A DNA stretch of 63,991 nucleotides, filler included. It is 9 parts of 9 records of this genome, joined end to end, with 100 filler letters (N's around TTAATTAATTAA, not from the genome) between each part and the next. Parts side by side here need not be neighbours in the genome. Positions count along the whole stretch, not along the records: positions 54,073 to 63,991 come from SRR31156797_84046; 8 more parts are not named here. One strand, written 5' to 3'. The first letter of the stretch is position 1; each line of letters opens with the position of its first letter. Both the position numbers and the translations under genes were made by a program. The notes beneath the pieces were generated by a model. It did no database searches, was not told the origin of the DNA, and saw only the letters and a program-made list of their open reading frames with translations. Positions 58,673 to 63,991 of this stretch are shown piece by piece.

Positions 58673-59614
58673 CTACAGTGCTGGTCTGGAAACCATGAGG
58701 CAGAGTTCCATCAATTCATCGATCACGGCCGTACCAACGCACATGACCGTATCCGCGCCGCCCCAGTAAATTTTTACCGTGCCGTCGTCTTCCGGAATAG
58801 CGCCGCAGGTAAAGACGACATTGGGCACGTAGCCGGTGATTTCCCAGCGATCCTCTGGCTGCAATATCCACTCATCGCAAACGCCGATAATACTGGACGG
58901 ATCTTCAAGGTCATGCAGGGCCGCGCCGAGTCGATAGACTGCTCCGGACATGGTCTTAAAAACCCCATGGTAAATGTGGAGCCAACCCTTGTCGGTTTTA
59001 AAAGGTGGCGCCCCGGGTCCGATCTTCATTTCATCCCAATGATAGGGCACCGGTTTCATAATCACCCGGGAATCGCCCCAGTGAACGAGGTCGGGAGAAT
59101 AGGAAATCCAGATGGACCAGGGGGAAATTTCCGAATGGGGCCGGTCTAAACGTGCGTACCTTCCACAGAACTTTTCAGGGAAAATGACCACGTTGCGGAG
59201 ATCGGCCTGGGTGATCAAGGCCACCCGTTCCACTTTTTCAAAATCCCGGGTACGCGCCAGGGCAATCCGTACGCCGTGACGGGAATAGGCGCTGTAGGTC
59301 AGCAGGTACTCGCCCTCCACCGGGCAAATCCTGAGGTCTTCGACCCCGAACGCCTCATATTCCCCAAAGATGCCGTCCGCCGACGGCACTAAAAAGGGTT
59401 CGGGATAAACCGTAAATGAAAAGCCATCCTCGCTGTCGGCCCTGCCGATGATGGAGCGACCGTTTCGCAGATGCGACCTGAAAAGCATAATGTAACGATC
59501 GTCGTGTTTAACGACGCCCGCATTGTGAACGGTAGTCACGGGATACGGTACATTTTTTTTGGTCAGTATGGGGTTCTTTTTAAATCGCGTGATAATGGGG
59601 TGATGCCTTTTCAT
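58673..59614 (-). CDS. GH130 beta-mannoside phosphorylase-like protein
   Basis: Motifs NPIL, HNAG, GVED.R, YSAY, RN...FP, DRP, KIG.G.PP, YHG, Y.LG and VPNVVF. Confidence 0.9.
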   Translation of the reverse strand: MKRHHPIITRFKKNPILTKKNVPYPVTTVHNAGVVKHDDRYIMLFRSHLRNGRSIIGRADSEDGFSFTVYPEPFLVPSADGIFGEYEAFGVEDLRICPVEGEYLLTYSAYSRHGVRIALARTRDFEKVERVALITQADLRNVVIFPEKFCGRYARLDRPHSEISPWSIWISYSPDLVHWGDSRVIMKPVPYHWDEMKIGPGAPPFKTDKGWLHIYHGVFKTMSGAVYRLGAALHDLEDPSSIIGVCDEWILQPEDRWEITGYVPNVVFTCGAIPEDDGTVKIYWGGADTVMCVGTAVIDELMELCLMVSRPAL

Positions 59615-60630
59615 GGGCGTATATCCTGTATAATTATTTCATAGACTTGTATATATTTATCGACCATACGGTCGACCGTAAAATGCCGTTCAACATGGCG
59701 ACGACAGGCTGTACGGTCAATCTCTTTGATACGTACAACCGCCGCAACGGCCTCATCCACGTTGTCCACCAAAAATCCATTTTTTTCGTTTTCAATCAGT
59801 TCAGGCATGCTACCCCGGTTAAAGGCGATCACGGGTGTTCCACAGGCCATGGATTCGATAACGGACAGACCGAAAGGCTCATCAAACTGTATGGGGTGCA
59901 ACAACGCACAGGCATGGCCCAGCAGCCGGTTGCGCGCAACAGGTCCGACGCTCCCCGCATAAATCACATTATGGTTGTCCATATAAGGCACTACATATTG
60001 GTCATGGTAAGCCTGGTCCTGAATAATTCCCGCCATTATGAGCTTCATGTTGCAGGCCCGGGCAATTTCAATCGCCTGGCGAGCGCCCTTGTCGTTATGA
60101 ATGCGCCCGAAAAAAAGAAGGGTATTATCCGGATTAAGTTGAAAATCAAACTGCCGGATATCAATGCCGTGATGAATGGTTTTGATATAAGCAAGTTCCG
60201 GTGACCGGTCGGCATCGCTGATGGAAACATAGGATGTTTTGTTATTGTACTTCTTGTAAACGGGTAGAATCCCGGGCGATGAAAAGCCGTGAATGGTAGT
60301 CAATACAGGTGTGGTTGTCAGGCCGGTATAGGTCAGGGGCAGAAAATCAAAATTGTTGTGAATAATGTCAAACTCGCCCGCATGGTCGAATAGTTCGGAA
60401 ATATGCAGGCATTCCCACACTTTTGGTATGAGTGATCGATCTTCTTCATAGCCTTTCGGACAAACCGCATGCAGCGTGCCGCTGGTCTGCGAGTCCGCCG
60501 TGGCAAACAGGGTGACCTCATGACCGCGCGACACCAGACCTTCGGTTATGAGGGATGCCACGTTTTCCCAGGGGCCGTAATGCCGCGGTGGCGTACGCCA
60601 GGCAATAGGCGAGAGCATGGCAATGTGCAT
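59611..60630 (-). CDS. GT4 glycosyltransferase
   Basis: Motifs PP..YG..E, GRI...KG and EPFGL..IESMACGTPV. Confidence 0.9.
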   Translation of the reverse strand: MHIAMLSPIAWRTPPRHYGPWENVASLITEGLVSRGHEVTLFATADSQTSGTLHAVCPKGYEEDRSLIPKVWECLHISELFDHAGEFDIIHNNFDFLPLTYTGLTTTPVLTTIHGFSSPGILPVYKKYNNKTSYVSISDADRSPELAYIKTIHHGIDIRQFDFQLNPDNTLLFFGRIHNDKGARQAIEIARACNMKLIMAGIIQDQAYHDQYVVPYMDNHNVIYAGSVGPVARNRLLGHACALLHPIQFDEPFGLSVIESMACGTPVIAFNRGSMPELIENEKNGFLVDNVDEAVAAVVRIKEIDRTACRRHVERHFTVDRMVDKYIQVYEIIIQDIRP

Positions 60631-60645
60631 GGTTGATCCTTTCCG

Positions 60646-62961
60646 TTAATCGGTTTTGCGTGACAACGGCTGGTTTAAGATTTCGTCGGCATAAAGCTTC
60701 TGCAACGTCATCAGCGAAATCAGCCAGGCAAGGGAGGACTCGGCACCTTCATTCTGGTTGATGCCGTCCGCCATCAGTCCATCCCGGCAGCCGCCGGTCT
60801 TGGGATCATAGAGGGGCATGTTCAGGTCATTGTGTCCCAGAAACCAATTGAAACACATGACCGAATTGTCGAACCACAATTTATCCCGGGTGACGTTATA
60901 GGCCTCCACACAAGCTTCGACCATGGTATTGGCCTCGATGGGCTGTTGATCAAAACGGGCTCTGGGGCCGTCTTTTTCATGCCATCCGTTGCTCCCGATG
61001 GGCACAAAGTGTTGCTCCTCGGTTTGAACGGCAAGCAGCCACTTAAGAGACTTGAGCCCCATATGGATCATATCGTTGCGTTGCATCCGGTGGCCGGACA
61101 ACAACAGGGCATGGGGCAGTTTGCCGTTGGCATAATTAAGGGTGTTCTCAAGCCAAGGCCAATCGTCTGTTCCATTGTGTTTAAATTGATCGAAAAGCCT
61201 TTCGGCAAGAATCTCCCGGGTCCTGCGCACGTCACTGTCGCCGGAAAATTTATCCAGGTAGGCATTCATGCCCACCAGGCAAAAAGCAACGGCGCGGGGA
61301 GAATGAAAATTCTCGACAGCTCTCAGTGCCTTGTTGAAAAGAGTTGTGCTCATGGCCAGATGCCCGGGATCGTCAAGAAACACCACCGCTTTCCCAAGGC
61401 ACCAGATCGCTCTGCCATGGGCATCCTCGGACCCGATCTCCTCCATCCACTGCCTCGAATAGGTCATGAAATTGCGAAAGCGCCCATCTTTTTCATTATA
61501 GGCATATAGAAGGAACCCGAGATAATGACCGCTGAGAAAACCAAGCCCAAAGCCGTTTGTCGGCAGATATCTTTGACCCATGGCGGCAACCAGCAGGGCT
61601 CTGGCATTGTCATCGGTACAGTAGCCATGGATGCGATCGGGGATGGTATAGTTGGCATGCTGCAAGATGCCCGTATCATCGGTAATGGCTTTCAAGTGAT
61701 CCAGCTTGATCTCCGGGAGCTCGAAATTCGTGATGGCCTTTATGTTTTCAACATAGGAGTGCCGGGGGCGTGGTTTCCGGGTCCTGTTCAGCTGAACCTC
61801 CCTGAATACCTGGAGATATTTTCGGGATACCTCCTTCCAGACTGCGCCACGGGTGAAGGTGTAGGCTTTTTTGCGCATGGCGTGACGTTCCATATCATTG
61901 TCCAAGAGTCCCACAACTTGTTCCGCAATGGCATCCGGGTTGTTAAAGGGTACAATGCGGCCCCGGCCTTCGGCAAGCATCTCGGCGGCATACCAGTACG
62001 GGGTTGAAATGACGGCCTTTCCCGTACCCATGGCATAGGCAAGGGTCCCGGAGGTAATCTGAGCTTCTTCAAGATAGGGGGTTACATAAATATCGGCGAT
62101 GCCTAAAAATTCACATAATTCTTTCAGTTCAACAAAACGGTTTTGAAAAATGACATGTTCGCCCATATGGAGTTTGCGCACGATCTGCTGCAGCATAATC
62201 CGGTATGCGTCTCCATGATGCTTTAGAATATTCGGGTGTGTTGCGCCCAGGACAATATAGACCGCATCAGGGTGCTTTTTGACGACCGCCGGAAGCGCCT
62301 GCAATACATTTTCGATACCCTTATTGGGGGAAAGCAATCCGAACGTGAGCAGCACCTTTTTCCCTTCCACATCGAACTTGTCTTTGTAGAAGCTTGAATC
62401 GATAAACGGCGTATCCGGAATGCCGTGATGGATAAAGGCAATCTTCTCTTCGGGCACCCCATAGATGTCCTTAAGGAAATCAACGGCCTTGTGGCTCATC
62501 ACCACCAGTTTATCCGACAGATCGGATAGTTTACCCATGACGTCGCGATATTCCGGGTCGGGATCCTTTAAAACCGTGTGCAGCGTCGTCACCACCGGCA
62601 TGCGCAGATTCCCCAACAGTCTCAGTAAATGGCTGCCGGCAGGCCCCCCGAAAAGACCGTATTCATGTTGCACGCAGACAATATCCGTCTGGCTGATATT
62701 GAGGAATTGTGCCGCGACGCTATAATCGGTCAATTTGTTCTGGTTGATCTCAAAGCGCACTTTTTCAGGATATGCATACCCCTCGGGTTTGTCGTTCATG
62801 GCAGCCACCCAGCAATGAATATCAGGGGCTTCCGCCGACAAGCCTTCAACCAGATCCGTGGTGAAGGTTGCGATGCCGCACTGGCGCGGCAAATAGTTGC
62901 CGATGACGGCAACCGAGTCGATTCCCTCATAATACTTAATAACAGATGTCATAACCGCCAC
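60646..62961 (-). CDS. GT4 glycosyltransferase fused to a C-terminal helical (six-hairpin glycosidase-like) domain
   Basis: N-half PR.CGIATF, QHEYG, FGLL...KG and SGTL.YA; C-half DTG..QHA, GYC.DDNAR, EDAHGR, FDQQP.E and N.GAES. Start 62961 or 62952. Confidence 0.88.
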   Translation of the reverse strand: MAVMTSVIKYYEGIDSVAVIGNYLPRQCGIATFTTDLVEGLSAEAPDIHCWVAAMNDKPEGYAYPEKVRFEINQNKLTDYSVAAQFLNISQTDIVCVQHEYGLFGGPAGSHLLRLLGNLRMPVVTTLHTVLKDPDPEYRDVMGKLSDLSDKLVVMSHKAVDFLKDIYGVPEEKIAFIHHGIPDTPFIDSSFYKDKFDVEGKKVLLTFGLLSPNKGIENVLQALPAVVKKHPDAVYIVLGATHPNILKHHGDAYRIMLQQIVRKLHMGEHVIFQNRFVELKELCEFLGIADIYVTPYLEEAQITSGTLAYAMGTGKAVISTPYWYAAEMLAEGRGRIVPFNNPDAIAEQVVGLLDNDMERHAMRKKAYTFTRGAVWKEVSRKYLQVFREVQLNRTRKPRPRHSYVENIKAITNFELPEIKLDHLKAITDDTGILQHANYTIPDRIHGYCTDDNARALLVAAMGQRYLPTNGFGLGFLSGHYLGFLLYAYNEKDGRFRNFMTYSRQWMEEIGSEDAHGRAIWCLGKAVVFLDDPGHLAMSTTLFNKALRAVENFHSPRAVAFCLVGMNAYLDKFSGDSDVRRTREILAERLFDQFKHNGTDDWPWLENTLNYANGKLPHALLLSGHRMQRNDMIHMGLKSLKWLLAVQTEEQHFVPIGSNGWHEKDGPRARFDQQPIEANTMVEACVEAYNVTRDKLWFDNSVMCFNWFLGHNDLNMPLYDPKTGGCRDGLMADGINQNEGAESSLAWLISLMTLQKLYADEILNQPLSRKTD

Positions 62962-62976
62962 CTTCTTGTATCGCGT

Positions 62977-63102
62977 CTATTTTTCATCGTCCCACATTGA
63001 TTTGTTTTTTTCCTTCTTTTGCTTCCGCTTTTCCTTTGGTGTCTGTTTGGCCTTTTTCTGATCTTCGCGTCTGCCTTTATCCTTTTTCCCTTTGTCTCCC
63101 AT
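62977..63102 (-). CDS. 41-aa lysine-rich microprotein (below the ORF-track cutoff)
   Basis: RBS AAGGAG, then MGDKGKKDKGRREDQKKAKQTPKEKRKQKKEKNKSMWDDEK-stop, ending 15 nt before the GT4 gene. Confidence 0.7.
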   Translation of the reverse strand: MGDKGKKDKGRREDQKKAKQTPKEKRKQKKEKNKSMWDDEK

Positions 63103-63197
63103 TTTATGCTCCTTAATTGTTTTAAGAATTTTTTTTACTATATTTACAAGTTGTCCATCATGCGCCCCCGATTAAGGGGACACATTGTCTGGCCGAC

Positions 63198-63551
63198 TCA
63201 TTTCTTGATAAAAGCGCCAAGCCCATCGGCGCATACGCGGCTTACGGTATAGTCAGGTTTTTCCGTTTGCCCGGGCATTTTATCCCAGCCCCCCTTTTCG
63301 ATGTATTCAGCTCTCTTCCATGATTCCAGGGCGCCCAGTTCTTTCAGCTTTTCCTGATGGTCCGCTTGCGCCATGAATTGACCGACGCAAATCTCCGCCT
63401 GGCTTGCCAGGACTGCTTCTTCGTTCATTTTTTGGGTCGTGCCGGAGGTTGTCCATCCTCCCCACGCAAAACCGCTGATCATTACGATGACGGCTCCCAC
63501 GATAATACCCCAAACGCCAAACTTGATTTTCCCTGCATTTTCCGGTTTCAT
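63198..63551 (-). CDS. Hypothetical membrane-anchored protein (GF.WGGW motif)
   Basis: RBS AAGGAGGT; N-terminal TM helix, two Cys and GGW..MPG. Confidence 0.8.
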   Translation of the reverse strand: MKPENAGKIKFGVWGIIVGAVIVMISGFAWGGWTTSGTTQKMNEEAVLASQAEICVGQFMAQADHQEKLKELGALESWKRAEYIEKGGWDKMPGQTEKPDYTVSRVCADGLGAFIKK

Positions 63552-63679
63552 GAATAATACCTCCTTGAATTTGGGTTATGTTTTTTGATTACGGCTTCAT
63601 GGTGCGTGGTGCGACCCCTTTTCTGGTTTGACATTAAGTAAACGACAGACCTCTCCATATCACATGATCACCTGGGCGA

Positions 63680-63970
63680 TTACGAAGCAAGTGGCTTTTC
63701 GGAAGCGGACTCGACATCCGATGTCACATCTTGTTCAAATTGATCAAGTACCATCGCCACAAGAGCATCCATAACTTCCTGTTTTGGAACCACGGAATTC
63801 ACGATGTTATGAACCTGTGACAGTGAATATCCAGCCTCCTTGGTATCGGGATGGTCTGCTATGATGTCCCTATAAAGTTGGAATGCCTTAGGCATGTCCT
63901 TTGTTTTGTAGTGTGCATCATGAGCCGTCGTGTACTGCTTGCCAACTTCCTTAACGCTATTGCTTATCAT
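63680..63970 (-). CDS. Small TPR-like helical hypothetical protein
   Basis: RBS GGAGG; Y..AH..HY......A..LY..I...HP...EA pattern. Confidence 0.7.
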   Translation of the reverse strand: MISNSVKEVGKQYTTAHDAHYKTKDMPKAFQLYRDIIADHPDTKEAGYSLSQVHNIVNSVVPKQEVMDALVAMVLDQFEQDVTSDVESASEKPLAS

Positions 63971-63991
63971 GGTTAATCCTCCAATTTCACG

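Overview
This window is not one locus. It is nine unrelated contig fragments joined by eight artificial 100-bp linkers (N44-TTAATTAATTAA-N44), so synteny cannot be read across linkers. Taxonomy below is inferred from gene content only. (1) 1-8446, Phycisphaerae-like: tandem pseudopilin-tailed paralogs, a LarA-family epimerase, an acyltransferase and a GLUG protein. (2) 8547-13981, anaerobic Firmicute-like: Liv-type ABC genes, a URO-D/methyltransferase-family gene, thioredoxin-fold proteins and a CobW GTPase. (3) 14082-20295, alphaproteobacterial: iolB, a GyrI-like protein, a pentapeptide-repeat protein, an atypical class III cyclase and SulP. (4) 20396-26456: a sugar ABC operon containing a deacetylase and a DegT aminotransferase, plus a radical SAM gene. 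(5) 26557-31808, alphaproteobacterial: hydroxyacid dehydrogenase, GntR, M20 amidohydrolase and TRAP genes. (6) 31909-39860, Desulfobacterota-like: dsrT-dsrM with a Rex-like box, a TetR-MFP-RND operon with a perfect operator, and a sigma54 promoter followed by a two-hairpin candidate RNA before a MORN gene. (7) 39961-45660: crotonase-NhaC-M24-MFS operon and a FecR-domain gene. (8) 45761-53972, alphaproteobacterial: hybrid kinase, Csp, Mop, DLH, GNAT, a CGTC-REP cluster, a WDGH-motif protein and a pentapeptide membrane protein. (9) 54073-63991, Desulfobacterota-like: CoA activase and a GT4-GT4-GH130-GH130 operon led by a 41-aa Lys-rich microprotein. I saw no rRNA, tRNA, CRISPR array or transposase. 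The best leads are the sigma54-dependent candidate sRNA (38.6-38.95 kb) and the GT4/GH130 mannoside operon (57-63.1 kb).
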